A stretch of 64,000 bases of DNA from Ignavibacteria bacterium (GTDB taxonomy: Bacteria > Bacteroidota > Ignavibacteria > UBA10030 > SZUA-254). Location: positions 38,151-102,150 of the forward strand of contig JACOSY010000016.1 in the NCBI GenBank assembly GCA_016178595.1. The letters are read 5' to 3'. Positions 8,828 to 18,348 of this stretch are shown here, one piece after another (positions within the stretch are counted from its first letter, which is position 1; each line of letters starts with the position of its first letter). The position numbers and the translations under genes were made by a program. The notes under the pieces are model-generated. The model had not been told where the DNA came from. It was given only the letters and a program-made list of their open reading frames with translations, and did not search any database.

Positions 8828-9841
8828 TCATACAAGATCGAGAACTGCTTTCTCCTCCGATGACCGGTAACTCGCATCCAACAACTTCATCACCATGAAT
8901 GCTTCATCCAACAGGTCGGTGGCCATGTTCTTTTGTTCGATCCGGCAAATGAATTCCTGAAACAGCGCCGCATACCAGGCAACGTATTGACTCTTATCGG
9001 AAACATCCGGCATCGGGATTTCTCGCGTCTCCTCTCCATCAGTGTGGAGCAGGTGTACACCGTCGTAGGAAAGACTTCCTTTCTCTCCGGCAACGTACAC
9101 GCTGTTCGCGCGCTGGTTTGCCGCCCACGTGAGGTTGATCTGCATGAGTGTGTCCGGATATTCGAGCGTGACGATTGCCGTGTCTTCAACCCCATAGTCC
9201 GTATGCTTCAGCGTCCGAAGGATTGCAGAGATTTTCTGTGGGATTCCAAAGAAGTATTGCGCAAGATAGAAATAATGCGCGCCGGTATCGACAAGAATCC
9301 CGCCGCCGCTGTGACTCTTGCTCGTCCGCCACTGCGGATTCCAATTTGCCGTTCCGGTATCGGCATGAAGCCGGTACACGTTGAATTGCGCGAGCGCGAC
9401 CTTGCCGAGCTTCCCTGACGCGATAACATCCCGGATCGATTTCCAGAGCGGTGAGTACTTGTATTGATGGCACGGCACAAACACGATTCCTGCTTTCTTC
9501 ACGGCATCGGCAAGCTCTCTTGCAGTAGAATATTTTTCCACCAAGGGTTTCTCGCACACAACATGAATACCTTTCGCTGCACAGGCTTTGATGTATTCTG
9601 CATGGGTGTACGGCGGCGTGCAGATATCGACAAAATCGGGCTTCTCGTTTTCAAGGAGTGTATTGATCGACGTATAAAAAGTTGCTCCCGGAAACACTTC
9701 GTTCGCCTTCGTACGACTTTGCTCTACCACGTCCATGACGGCAACGATACGTGCTTTCGACTTCACGCCTTCGGACTGATATGCCGGAACATGACCGCGC
9801 AGCGCGATGTTGCCAAGACCGATTAACGCGCCACGCAGCAT
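8828..9841 (-). CDS. Gfo/Idh/MocA-family NAD(P) oxidoreductase (inositol 2-dehydrogenase-like)
   Basis: An N-terminal Rossmann GLGNIALRGHVPAY is followed by EKP (CEKPL) and a GGG...D C-terminal domain. The start overlaps the upstream stop (TAATG). Confidence 0.8.
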   Translation of the reverse strand: MLRGALIGLGNIALRGHVPAYQSEGVKSKARIVAVMDVVEQSRTKANEVFPGATFYTSINTLLENEKPDFVDICTPPYTHAEYIKACAAKGIHVVCEKPLVEKYSTARELADAVKKAGIVFVPCHQYKYSPLWKSIRDVIASGKLGKVALAQFNVYRLHADTGTANWNPQWRTSKSHSGGGILVDTGAHYFYLAQYFFGIPQKISAILRTLKHTDYGVEDTAIVTLEYPDTLMQINLTWAANQRANSVYVAGEKGSLSYDGVHLLHTDGEETREIPMPDVSDKSQYVAWYAALFQEFICRIEQKNMATDLLDEAFMVMKLLDASYRSSEEKAVLDLV

Positions 9842-10812
9842 TACGCAACCACCTTCTGCTCATCCACCATCTCGATCAGTCGAGCGCTCAACTGTTCCTG
9901 ATGCATCGTCACGAGAATCATGACAAGGTTAATGCCGACAATCTCCGTGACGAAATACACCGGCACGACATCCGCAAGCACGCAGATTGACATGACGATC
10001 ATTCGCGTGTTCGTTGTCAGCGCGGCATAATACTTCATGAGCGGCTTGTTCAAACGACGGTACTCGTCGGAGAACCACGAGGGAATATTTGTTCCGAACT
10101 CCTGCTCGACTCGTTTCCGCAGCGTCTGAAAAGTTTTTGAGAGCGCTTCTTGTTGAACCGTGTAGTTCAAGTAGACGCGGAGAAGAATCTTCTTCAAAGG
10201 ATTCCTCGCGAAGGATGTCGACCGGTATTCGGAGCGAACTTGATCGGATTGGTCAAGCTCGGACTTGGTCGGATCGACGACAAATTTCAAGTATGCATTC
10301 CTGTAGTAATCGGCGAGCGAGCTTTGGAGGGAATGGCTGATGCCTCCTGCAAGTGTGAGCACAAGCAGTAACGGCCAGGCTACGTTCGGATATGTTTCGA
10401 CCATGCGTGCAAAGAGGTGCAGATAGATGCTGAGGAACATGATGTTCCCGCCGAGACCGTCGAGAATGCGGCCAATCTTCGATCGGTGGTTCGTCATGCG
10501 GGCAAGCTGCCCATCGACACTGTCAAGCGTATCGGCGATGATCCAGAGTGCGATTCCCCAGACATTGGTAAGGAAGTCTCTATAATAGAGCAAATGCCCG
10601 CCGGCGACGCCGATGAAGATGCTAACGATGGTGACGACGTTCGGCGTAATGCCAAGCGACTGACACGCCCGTGCGATCCAGAACCCGAGCGGACGGTAGA
10701 AGTAGATATCGATCGTCTCTTCGACGTCGCGGGCTTTGTACGTGGATTCGATTGCGGGTGTGGTAAATGTGTTCATCTCAATGTATTTTTCTGTTGCCGT
10801 AAACTTAGCCAT
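9841..10812 (-). CDS. CDP-alcohol phosphatidyltransferase family protein (PIP synthase / DIPP synthase-like)
   Basis: DTLDSVDGQLARMTNHRSKIGRILDGLGGN matches the D-G-x2-A-R-x8-G-x3-D-x3-D signature. There are multiple TM helices. Confidence 0.75.
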   Translation of the reverse strand: MAKFTATEKYIEMNTFTTPAIESTYKARDVEETIDIYFYRPLGFWIARACQSLGITPNVVTIVSIFIGVAGGHLLYYRDFLTNVWGIALWIIADTLDSVDGQLARMTNHRSKIGRILDGLGGNIMFLSIYLHLFARMVETYPNVAWPLLLVLTLAGGISHSLQSSLADYYRNAYLKFVVDPTKSELDQSDQVRSEYRSTSFARNPLKKILLRVYLNYTVQQEALSKTFQTLRKRVEQEFGTNIPSWFSDEYRRLNKPLMKYYAALTTNTRMIVMSICVLADVVPVYFVTEIVGINLVMILVTMHQEQLSARLIEMVDEQKVVA

Positions 10813-10819
10813 TTCTCAG

Positions 10820-10886
10820 CTACCCTCTCCCTGTCACTTCGTGACATCCCTCTCCCAGATTGGGAGAGGGATCATAGGGTGAGGGT
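10820..10886. repeat. Palindromic element, family 1
   Basis: The sequence is CCCTCTCCCTGTCACTTCGTGACATCCCTCTCCCAGATTGGGAGAGGGATCATAGGGTGAGGGT. It lies between the aminotransferase stop and the transferase start. Confidence 0.6.
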
Positions 10887-12223
10887 TACATTTTCTGTGC
10901 TAATACTCCGAATGCCTGATCCATGATGTCAATCCCCTCTTCCGCAGTCGCTTCGTCGATGACGAGCGGGGGATTGATGCGGATGTCCGGACTGTAGCTC
11001 ATTGTGATGAGGCCTCGTTTCAGGCACTCGAAGAAAACCATCTTGCACGTTTCTTTGTCGAGTTTCTCCTTCGTGCCGGGCTTCACGAGCTCAACGCCGA
11101 TAAGGAGCCCTTTGCCCCGCACTTCACCGATGAACGGATATTTTTCTTTGAGCTTCATGAACTTACTCAACATGAACGCTCCAACCTTGCGAGAGTTTTC
11201 CACCAGTCCGTCTTCAACGATGGTCTTCACCGTAACGTAGGCTGCCGCTGAGGCGAGTGGATTCCCGCCGTAGCTCGAGGAGCTGCCGCTTGGGTTTGCG
11301 AACGGCTTCGAGAAAATAATTTCATCGCGCGACATGAGTCCGGTCATCGGATAACCGCCGCCAAAACTCTTACCGATCGTGATAATATCGGGAACGATAT
11401 TATCATGCTGGCAAGCGAAAAGTTTTCCGGTACGACCGAATCCTGTGATCATCTCGTCGCAGATCAAGAGCGCACCGATCTCTTTGGTCAGCTTACGAAG
11501 CTCAATCAAGTATCCTTCCGGCGGCACCACGTTGCCGTTGGTTCCCTGTATCGGCTCGACGATGATCGCCGCGAGGTTGCCGGTCGTCTCCGTCTTGATC
11601 TTTTCGCGAATGAAATCCACGCACGCCCAGTTGCACTCGGGGAAGGTGAGGTGCAGCGGACAGCGGCGGCAATTCGCGTACGGCGTATTGTAAATGCCGA
11701 ATGGCAACGGACCGAGCTGCTGCTTGAACGTATCGCCGATGAGTCCGACCACACCGAGCGTTTTTCCGTGGAAGCCGCCCCAGAAACCCATGACTTCGGT
11801 TTTCTTTGTGTAGGATTTTGCGAGCCGCAGTGCCGCTTCGACCGCTTCCGCGCCGCCACTATAATATTGCGTGCGATAAAGGTCGCCCACGGCGTTTTCG
11901 GCAAGCATCTTCGAAAGCTCGGCGCGTACTTTCGTGGTGAACGACCCGACGTGGATCTTCGCCACCTGTTCTTGCATCATCTTCACGTACTTCGGATGAT
12001 TGTAGCCGAGGCTCGAAACCGCAACGCCGGCAAAGAAGTCGATGTAACGGTTGCCATCGACATCCTCGATGATACAGCCCTCGCCTTTCTCGACAACGAT
12101 CTGCGACAGCGTGGCAATCGTCTGTGTGCCAGGAGAAATATATTTCTGTTCGAGGTCGAATATCTCCTTCGACTTCGGCCCGGGGATGGCGGTTTTGATG
12201 GAGGATTTTTTCTTGTGCGTCAT
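10886..12223 (-). CDS. Class-III (ornithine/GABA-type) PLP-dependent aminotransferase
   Basis: The DEMITGFGRTGK PLP-lysine region and a GG...HG glycine-rich block are present. The start was reassigned to MTHKKK (12223) because the upstream ORF extension overlaps the neighbouring gene. Confidence 0.8.
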   Translation of the reverse strand: MTHKKKSSIKTAIPGPKSKEIFDLEQKYISPGTQTIATLSQIVVEKGEGCIIEDVDGNRYIDFFAGVAVSSLGYNHPKYVKMMQEQVAKIHVGSFTTKVRAELSKMLAENAVGDLYRTQYYSGGAEAVEAALRLAKSYTKKTEVMGFWGGFHGKTLGVVGLIGDTFKQQLGPLPFGIYNTPYANCRRCPLHLTFPECNWACVDFIREKIKTETTGNLAAIIVEPIQGTNGNVVPPEGYLIELRKLTKEIGALLICDEMITGFGRTGKLFACQHDNIVPDIITIGKSFGGGYPMTGLMSRDEIIFSKPFANPSGSSSSYGGNPLASAAAYVTVKTIVEDGLVENSRKVGAFMLSKFMKLKEKYPFIGEVRGKGLLIGVELVKPGTKEKLDKETCKMVFFECLKRGLITMSYSPDIRINPPLVIDEATAEEGIDIMDQAFGVLAQKM

Positions 12224-12230
12224 AGTATCA

Positions 12231-13052
12231 CTAATCAACATGTGAATGTGCCTTTCTGTAAATAAGCTGTGCAATATGCTTACTTGCCTGCTCGCGCACG
12301 GGGGCAAAGCTCGGCCAGTCATTGATATCGATGATCGTGACGCTACCATCCCTTCCGATGATCGCGTCTCCACCGTACACATACAAGTTGAGCGCATCGG
12401 CGGAAGCCAGGGCAAGCTCGCGGAGCTTTTTCTCGTCGAATGGCGTGTGGTATACGCCGTTCAAGTAATACCAGTGGAAGAGATCGGTTTCACGCACTGC
12501 GTAAAATTTCACCGTGTCGCCGTCAAGATGTTCCTGCAAGATGGCTTGCTTGATGTCGCGCGCATGAAATTCCTTCAGGAGTGTCATCTCCTCATCGTCC
12601 GTGCTTGCGAGCGTTACATCTTCTTTATGAACGGCATGGACGTCTCCACGCTTGATCCAGATCTTCGATGTTGTGAAGCCGGCTTGCCGCGGGTTGATGT
12701 CGGAATCTGTCGCAACGATGACGCTTTTAGGGAACGGAATTCCTGCTTGCGGCAACATCTTTACCATGTTAATCCGGTAACAGTTCATTACCGCCCGCGG
12801 GGAGTTGATGATGGATGCGCCGCGCTGCTCGATCGTCAGAAGTGTGTTGGAACCGATCGGGCCTTGCGCCATGGAGAAAATCAGTTTCTCTTTAACATCG
12901 TCCGGCGTGACAACGCCTTCATCGTGCATCGTCACTTCAGCACCGAGCTTTTTCAATTCATCAGCCGTCTGGTTGATGATGAGAAGATCGTTCACGACAT
13001 GGTTCGGCGAAAATTCCGTCTTCCGCCGAATGCCTGCAAAATGGAGTTTCAT
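12231..13052 (-). CDS. ATP-grasp fold protein (possible ligase or inositol-phosphate-kinase-like enzyme)
   Basis: The C-terminal IIDINDWP looks like a DxN Mg-binding motif. The overall length and spacing fit an ATP-grasp fold. The family assignment is tentative. Confidence 0.4.
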   Translation of the reverse strand: MKLHFAGIRRKTEFSPNHVVNDLLIINQTADELKKLGAEVTMHDEGVVTPDDVKEKLIFSMAQGPIGSNTLLTIEQRGASIINSPRAVMNCYRINMVKMLPQAGIPFPKSVIVATDSDINPRQAGFTTSKIWIKRGDVHAVHKEDVTLASTDDEEMTLLKEFHARDIKQAILQEHLDGDTVKFYAVRETDLFHWYYLNGVYHTPFDEKKLRELALASADALNLYVYGGDAIIGRDGSVTIIDINDWPSFAPVREQASKHIAQLIYRKAHSHVD

Positions 13053-13690
13053 GAAAAGAGTTTCGACAAGAATGATGGTGGATCGTCGGGCGGCTGCGGC
13101 ATACCCAGAGCAATTTCCCGGTCACGGCGGATGATCGCCTGTGTATCGATTTCCCGTTGAAGACGGTAGTCGACAAGGATTGTTCCGACAACAAACCCGA
13201 TCAAGTTAGCAAAAAACACGACGTGCAGGGCAATGTGAAATCCCCGAACGCCGAAGAGCACCGTCGCAAGGTAGCCGAAGTAGATCATGAACCGTTTGAA
13301 GCCGGGATCGAACTTCGAGAGCGGCTCTATTATAGTCACGAGCAGAATAGCGACGAATGCCAGAACGGCCATGAAATACGTCACTTGCCCGATGTACGCA
13401 AGCGCGAGGAAGATCGCAAGCTCGCTCAGTCGGTCATAAATAACTTCGAGCATTTGCCCCTTCTCGGATTGCAAATTGTAGCGACGAGCGACACCGCCAT
13501 CGAGTCCGTCGATGACTTGCGCGATGGCAAGCAGGACCAATCCGTGAACGAGCGAGCCGGTTGCAACAACGGTGGCCGCCATCATTCCAACAATAAAGCC
13601 GATCGTTGAAATCGTATTCGGCATGAGACCGAGTGTCTCGTGCACGAAACGGATGGGAAAACTCAGTATGTTGTCACTGGTCGAAGGCAT
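13049..13690 (-). CDS. CDP-alcohol phosphatidyltransferase family protein (second copy)
   Basis: The DGLDGGVARR...G...D signature is present in a 213-aa membrane protein. It overlaps the downstream gene by ATGA. Confidence 0.7.
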   Translation of the reverse strand: MPSTSDNILSFPIRFVHETLGLMPNTISTIGFIVGMMAATVVATGSLVHGLVLLAIAQVIDGLDGGVARRYNLQSEKGQMLEVIYDRLSELAIFLALAYIGQVTYFMAVLAFVAILLVTIIEPLSKFDPGFKRFMIYFGYLATVLFGVRGFHIALHVVFFANLIGFVVGTILVDYRLQREIDTQAIIRRDREIALGMPQPPDDPPSFLSKLFS

Positions 13691-13704
13691 CTTCTTGAAA
13701 AATC

Positions 13705-13770
13705 CACGTCCCGCCTTTAGGCGGGATGGCGCTCCACGAGTCTGACGACTCTATAGAGTCGTAGACCAAA
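13705..13770. repeat. Palindrome cluster (CCCGCCTTTAGGCGGG; GTCTGACGACTCTATAGAGTCGTAGAC)
   Basis: A perfect hairpin and a 27-nt palindrome are seen. The second is related to GTCTACGACTCT...AGACTCGTAGA inside the 19092-19192 element. Confidence 0.5.
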
Positions 13771-13863
13771 GGCGCTCATACTAATTTCTTATTCCTCAAC
13801 AGGCGCTAAATTCTAAAACCCAATCGCGCTGAAGTGATTTAGATGTTAGAATTCGTTTAGAAT

Positions 13864-14325
13864 TTAGAGATGAAACTGTAACACTCGACCTTTCGCAACT
13901 GCGACCACGAGGATCAACACCACGCACACCACGCACGTCCAAATTTCTTTCGATGTATCGGAATATTTCCGTAACATTCCTTCCGTCGAGTATGTGCTGA
14001 AGGGATAGAACGGCCGCTTCTCGTAGCTCACCATGTAATCCAGCATGAAGTGAGAGATGAAAAAGAGCGCCGGCACGTACGTTCCCAGGTACACCGAGAG
14101 CGGAATAATCCACGCGAGTGCAATCGGCTCTTGCAGCGGTGTTCGCCAATGATAATGTGTCTCATTCTTTTTGCCATTCTTCTTCAAATACAATGGAAGC
14201 TTGATAGGATGATCGATAAGATCGATGCCGTAGCCGAATGCATAGGCAAGGACGATATCCTTTCCTTCAAGCCCGAGAACTTGAACTCCAAGCGTGGTCA
14301 CGAGAAGATGTGGTACGATGGTCAC
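13864..14325 (-). CDS. Hypothetical membrane protein
   Basis: 153 aa with 3-4 TM helices and conserved His residues. An alternative overlapping ORF is at 13796-14149. Confidence 0.35.
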   Translation of the reverse strand: MTIVPHLLVTTLGVQVLGLEGKDIVLAYAFGYGIDLIDHPIKLPLYLKKNGKKNETHYHWRTPLQEPIALAWIIPLSVYLGTYVPALFFISHFMLDYMVSYEKRPFYPFSTYSTEGMLRKYSDTSKEIWTCVVCVVLILVVAVAKGRVLQFHL

Positions 14326-14586
14326 AGAGAACTTCGCTCAATTGAACAGTGTGTGGTATTGCAGTTCCGGACAGATAAATGAAATGCGAGACGTGCGGAA
14401 AAGCCTCGCATTTGACAGGAAATGCCTCTCAATGTACGCAACTGTCAAGGATTTTCAAAATTGGGTGCTGTCCTTATTTATGTTAAGCGCAGAGAAGATA
14501 ATGTCTTTGCGATTCTCGGCGGCCTCTGCGACTCTGCGATAGAGAACCAAGATCAACTTAGGACAATACCCAAAATTGCGCTGAGG

Positions 14587-15603
14587 CTACAATGGAATTT
14601 GTTCTGCAGCTGTCTCCGGCTCAGGGCGTTTCCGCGTCGCGAGTGGAATAAAGAGAAGCCCGATCAGTATCCACACAAACTCCCGGATGCGCATCACCAC
14701 GCCGAGGTAAATTCCAAGGAGCGGCGTTATCGCCAGACTCCCCAATCCCAGGTAAAGCCCGCCTTCGCGCGCGCCGAGGTTCAATGGAATAAAGAACAGC
14801 AGGTTAATAACAATGGAATAGACTACGTAGAGAAATATGGCGGCAACAAGGCCGGTTTCCACTCCCACGCCGCGCAGGATCAAGTACACCTCGAATGCCA
14901 TGCACACACGGCTCATGTACTCAAGCAAAATGGCAGCAGAGAATTTTTTCCGATCCTTGTGGTAGACTTCGGTGAGGGCGGTATCCATCTCCACCAAACT
15001 CTCCGTGTATTTCCCGAGCAGGCGGGCAAGCGGCCGAAGAATCCGCAGTCTGTTGACAACGCGCTGCATCGGCGTGAAGACGCCTTGCCGGTGGCCGAGC
15101 AGCGTCAGCAGGACAACTGCACTGATAACAATTGCTGAGACGATCAACGCGCCGCTGACTGCGAGAGGAAGGGAAAGAACGAGAAGAGCGACGAGTAATC
15201 CGGTCAGAAGGAATAGCATGTGTCCCAGGAGGTGCACCATGCGATAGAGAACAACTGCCGAGAGCGAGCGCTGCGTGCCGAGTTCGCCCGAAAGCGCTTT
15301 CACTTTGTATGGCTCACCGCCGAGTGCAAGGAACGGCGTGATATAGTTGATGACAAATCCCGAGACCGTCACCATAAAGAGCTGCGCGAAGGTAATCCGC
15401 CTCCCCGATTCACCGAGGACGAGCTTCCAGGCAAGCGTATTCAAAAGATAGACGATGAGCCAGACGAGAACAATGTAGAGAAGACTCCATCCTGCCCGCT
15501 CGATGTTCTGAAGGATCCGATCGACTCCGAACCGGGACACCAGATAGGCAAATACTCCCGCTCCGAAGAGAAAAAAAGCGATGTTGAACCGGCGGCTTTT
15601 CAT
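14587..15603 (-). CDS. Lysylphosphatidylglycerol-synthase (MprF) TM-domain-like flippase family protein
   Basis: It has about 8 TM helices, and the topology and length match the UPF0104 flippase-like family. Confidence 0.6.
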   Translation of the reverse strand: MKSRRFNIAFFLFGAGVFAYLVSRFGVDRILQNIERAGWSLLYIVLVWLIVYLLNTLAWKLVLGESGRRITFAQLFMVTVSGFVINYITPFLALGGEPYKVKALSGELGTQRSLSAVVLYRMVHLLGHMLFLLTGLLVALLVLSLPLAVSGALIVSAIVISAVVLLTLLGHRQGVFTPMQRVVNRLRILRPLARLLGKYTESLVEMDTALTEVYHKDRKKFSAAILLEYMSRVCMAFEVYLILRGVGVETGLVAAIFLYVVYSIVINLLFFIPLNLGAREGGLYLGLGSLAITPLLGIYLGVVMRIREFVWILIGLLFIPLATRKRPEPETAAEQIPL

Positions 15604-15608
15604 GCTCG

Positions 15609-16571
15609 CTAAAATACCGATATCTTAACGTAGCGCTCGGGATGCTCGCGCAGATCGACGAGCAGGAGATTCAAATCCTTCATCATGCCAATGAGCTGGC
15701 GATAGAAATTGCCATCGCTGACGAGCTTCGAGACACTGCTCGTATCAGCCGACGCCTTCGCCATGAGAGAATCCGCCCGCGCAGAGAATGAGGAGAGACT
15801 CGTATAGAGCCGGTCATCCATGATCAGCTTGCCCATCGTTCCCTTGCCTTGCCGGATTTGGTCGGTGACATTCTTGAGATTGGAGGAAACATCGGAGATA
15901 TTGCGCCCGAACGATTCATCATAAATAAACTTTCCAAGAGCGCCGCGCTTCTCCTCGACGGCAGCCATGAGACCGTTCAGCGAGCGGAGGAAGCGTTCCA
16001 TCTCATTGGCAATAGTTGGCTGTTTGATTAAGCGCCCGATCGAGCCTTCTCCGCGATCCATCGTAGCTGCAATATGCTTGGCGCTCTTGAGAAGCTCGGT
16101 GAAATCCGCGAGCGCAGTTCTGAACTGCGGCCCTGCCATTTCGATATCGAACGATTCGATGATCGGGATATACGAATTCTCAACCAGCGGCGGCTCGTCC
16201 CGGCTGCCGATCGTCAAATCGATATACTTGTCGCCGAGGAGGCCGATGGTTTTGATTTGCGCAAAGGTGCTCGTCGTGATGGTCGATCTGTATTTGGTCA
16301 ATAAGTCTGCGGTAATGTCGACGCCGTTGACACTGTCGCGTGTCGCGAAGCGCATATCCCTGACGTATCCAACCTTCAACCCGCCAAGCGATATCATGGC
16401 GCCGTTCACGAGGCCATGGACGTTGGTAAGGAAGAACTTCAACTGGTACGTCGACGCGAACACATTCTGTTCGGTCCCGACAATACTCACGATGAACACG
16501 AAGACAACGAGACCGACCAGAACAACGAGACCGACTTTGAGGCTCGACCACTTCATTTGGGTTTGATTCAT
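15609..16571 (-). CDS. mlaD: MlaD/MCE-domain phospholipid ABC transporter substrate-binding protein
   Basis: An N-terminal TM anchor is followed by an MCE domain (LKVGYV...GLLGDKYIDL). Confidence 0.75.
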   Translation of the reverse strand: MNQTQMKWSSLKVGLVVLVGLVVFVFIVSIVGTEQNVFASTYQLKFFLTNVHGLVNGAMISLGGLKVGYVRDMRFATRDSVNGVDITADLLTKYRSTITTSTFAQIKTIGLLGDKYIDLTIGSRDEPPLVENSYIPIIESFDIEMAGPQFRTALADFTELLKSAKHIAATMDRGEGSIGRLIKQPTIANEMERFLRSLNGLMAAVEEKRGALGKFIYDESFGRNISDVSSNLKNVTDQIRQGKGTMGKLIMDDRLYTSLSSFSARADSLMAKASADTSSVSKLVSDGNFYRQLIGMMKDLNLLLVDLREHPERYVKISVF

Positions 16572-16583
16572 GGAGCTCCGCCG

Positions 16584-17339
16584 TTATTGGTTGGCAAAGA
16601 GTAAACTTGCTTCTTCACGAATTTCGGAGAGAAATTCTTGCACGAACGTGTCTTTCGACGCAAGGATATCGTGTGCATTCCCATCGAAAACGATGCGGCC
16701 ATCACTGACGACGGCGAGCGAGTCGCCGACGGCAAACGCATCGCGCAGAATATGTGTCACGACGATGGAAGTGACCCTGCGTTCATTCTTCAGTTTCAAC
16801 ATCAGCTCGGTCACCGTCTTGGCATTGATCGGATCGAGGCCCGTTGTCGGTTCATCGTAGAGAATGATTTCGGGATGGAAGGCGATCGCTCTCGCAATTG
16901 CGACACGTTTCTTCATCCCTCCGCTAATTTCCTCCGGCAACAGACTGCCGGCATCCGGAAGGTTGACGAACTCAAGACACTCTTGTACGCGCTTGTCGAT
17001 TTGCTCCGGCGTCATGGGGGAATGTTCTTCAAGAAAAAATCCGACGTTCTCCGCAACCGTCAATGAATCGAACAACGCGTTCCCCTGGAAGATCATCGAC
17101 ATGCGCCGGCGAACCGGCATTTGTTCGCGTTCACTCAAGCGGGTAATCTCAATATCGTCGACAAATACCTTGCCGACATCCGGCTTCCACAAACCCAGGA
17201 CAACTTTCAGGAGCGAACTCTTCCCTGCGCCGCTCGGGCCGAGCATGACCTTTGTTTCGCCATCATTCACACGGAAGGATACGTCGTCGAGGATCTTTCG
17301 TTCTTCAAATTCGACTGTTATATTTTCCAAACGAATCAT
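16584..17339 (-). CDS. mlaF: Phospholipid ABC transporter ATP-binding protein MlaF
   Basis: Walker A GPSGAGKSS, the ABC signature LSGGMKKRVAIARA and Walker B ILYDEPTTGLD are present. Confidence 0.85.
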   Translation of the reverse strand: MIRLENITVEFEERKILDDVSFRVNDGETKVMLGPSGAGKSSLLKVVLGLWKPDVGKVFVDDIEITRLSEREQMPVRRRMSMIFQGNALFDSLTVAENVGFFLEEHSPMTPEQIDKRVQECLEFVNLPDAGSLLPEEISGGMKKRVAIARAIAFHPEIILYDEPTTGLDPINAKTVTELMLKLKNERRVTSIVVTHILRDAFAVGDSLAVVSDGRIVFDGNAHDILASKDTFVQEFLSEIREEASLLFANQ

Positions 17340-17384
17340 GATGTTGACTCTTATAATCCTTGTCACGAGGCCGGTTTTTCATTG

Positions 17385-17523
17385 CCACGAGCTTCAGCTC
17401 GTGGATAGCATCTCCAAAAACCTCGAGGGGTTTCAACCTCTAATCAGCCAGCGTTTTTTTGATGGCTAAAGCCCCACTCGCCCTTGACTCTTCCGTCCAC
17501 GACCTAAAGGTCGTGGCAATCGG
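17385..17523. repeat. Family-2 multi-hairpin element (CCACGAGCTTCAGCTCGTGG ... GGGTTTCAACC ... GGCTAAAGCCCC ... CCACGACCTAAAGGTCGTGGCAATCGG)
   Basis: It is the reverse-complement copy of the element at 20903-21050. It is intercistronic between mlaF and mlaE. Confidence 0.6.
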
Positions 17524-17559
17524 ACTGTTCGCTCATCAGGGAATTCCTTCACATCCATT

Positions 17560-18345
17560 CTATAGTATCGACCAGATCACTTTCGTAAAAATGAAATCAT
17601 TGAAGAGCACAACCACCGATGAGACCACGACAGCGTTGACCGCCGCACGTCCTACGCCAATTGTCCCTCCTGTCGTCGCTAATCCGTAATAACAACTTAT
17701 GGTCGAGATGAAGAATGAGAAAACGACCGGCTTGGCAAATCCGACAATCAGGTCTTTTATCTTAAGATCGTAGATTGCCGAGTGCCAGAAAAAACCTTTG
17801 TCGACGTTCAGCCACCAATCGGAAACATACATCCCTCCGACGAGTCCAACGAGATCGGAAACCAGCGTGAGAGGCAGAAACATGACGAGCGCTGCGATAA
17901 GGCGCGGCACGGCGAGTTTCTCGATCGGATCCGTTCCGAATGCCCGCAGCGCGTCGATCTGTTCGCTTACTTGCATGGAGCCTAGCTCAGAGGCGTTCTT
18001 CGCACCGGTGCGCGCCGCAAGGAGCAAGCCGGTGATGACGGGACCGAGCTCGCGGAAGAGCGCAAGCGACGTCGTACGTCCGACAAGGAGCTTCGCGCCG
18101 AACGTCTCGAGTCTGTGCCCCGCCTCGATGGCCATGATGATTCCCATGAACAGACCCGAAAGCGACGCGATCATAAACGCCTGCGCGCCGATGATGTACA
18201 TTTGCTCGAGCGTATCGCGCCGGTAGCGCCACGCGGAGCGCAGCGATCGGACGTTCTCGTAGACGAAGATCGAGTACTCTTGCAGCCGCCAGAGCATGCG
18301 CTTGAACGTTCGGACGGGGGCGATATCGGCAGCGGGCCATGCCAT
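17560..18345 (-). CDS. mlaE: Phospholipid ABC transporter permease MlaE
   Basis: It has a MlaE-type polytopic permease topology and sits adjacent to mlaF and mlaD. Confidence 0.8.
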   Translation of the reverse strand: MAWPAADIAPVRTFKRMLWRLQEYSIFVYENVRSLRSAWRYRRDTLEQMYIIGAQAFMIASLSGLFMGIIMAIEAGHRLETFGAKLLVGRTTSLALFRELGPVITGLLLAARTGAKNASELGSMQVSEQIDALRAFGTDPIEKLAVPRLIAALVMFLPLTLVSDLVGLVGGMYVSDWWLNVDKGFFWHSAIYDLKIKDLIVGFAKPVVFSFFISTISCYYGLATTGGTIGVGRAAVNAVVVSSVVVLFNDFIFTKVIWSIL

Positions 18346-18348
18346 GCA

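Noticed and set aside
8477-8830. Possible CRISPR array, because of interspersed palindromic repeats
   Set aside because: The repeats are not identical direct repeats of fixed length. The spacers contain gene-start fragments. No cas genes are nearby.
11405-12265. 286-aa plus-strand ORF inside the aminotransferase gene
   Set aside because: It is antisense to a gene with clear PLP-enzyme motifs and has no motifs of its own.
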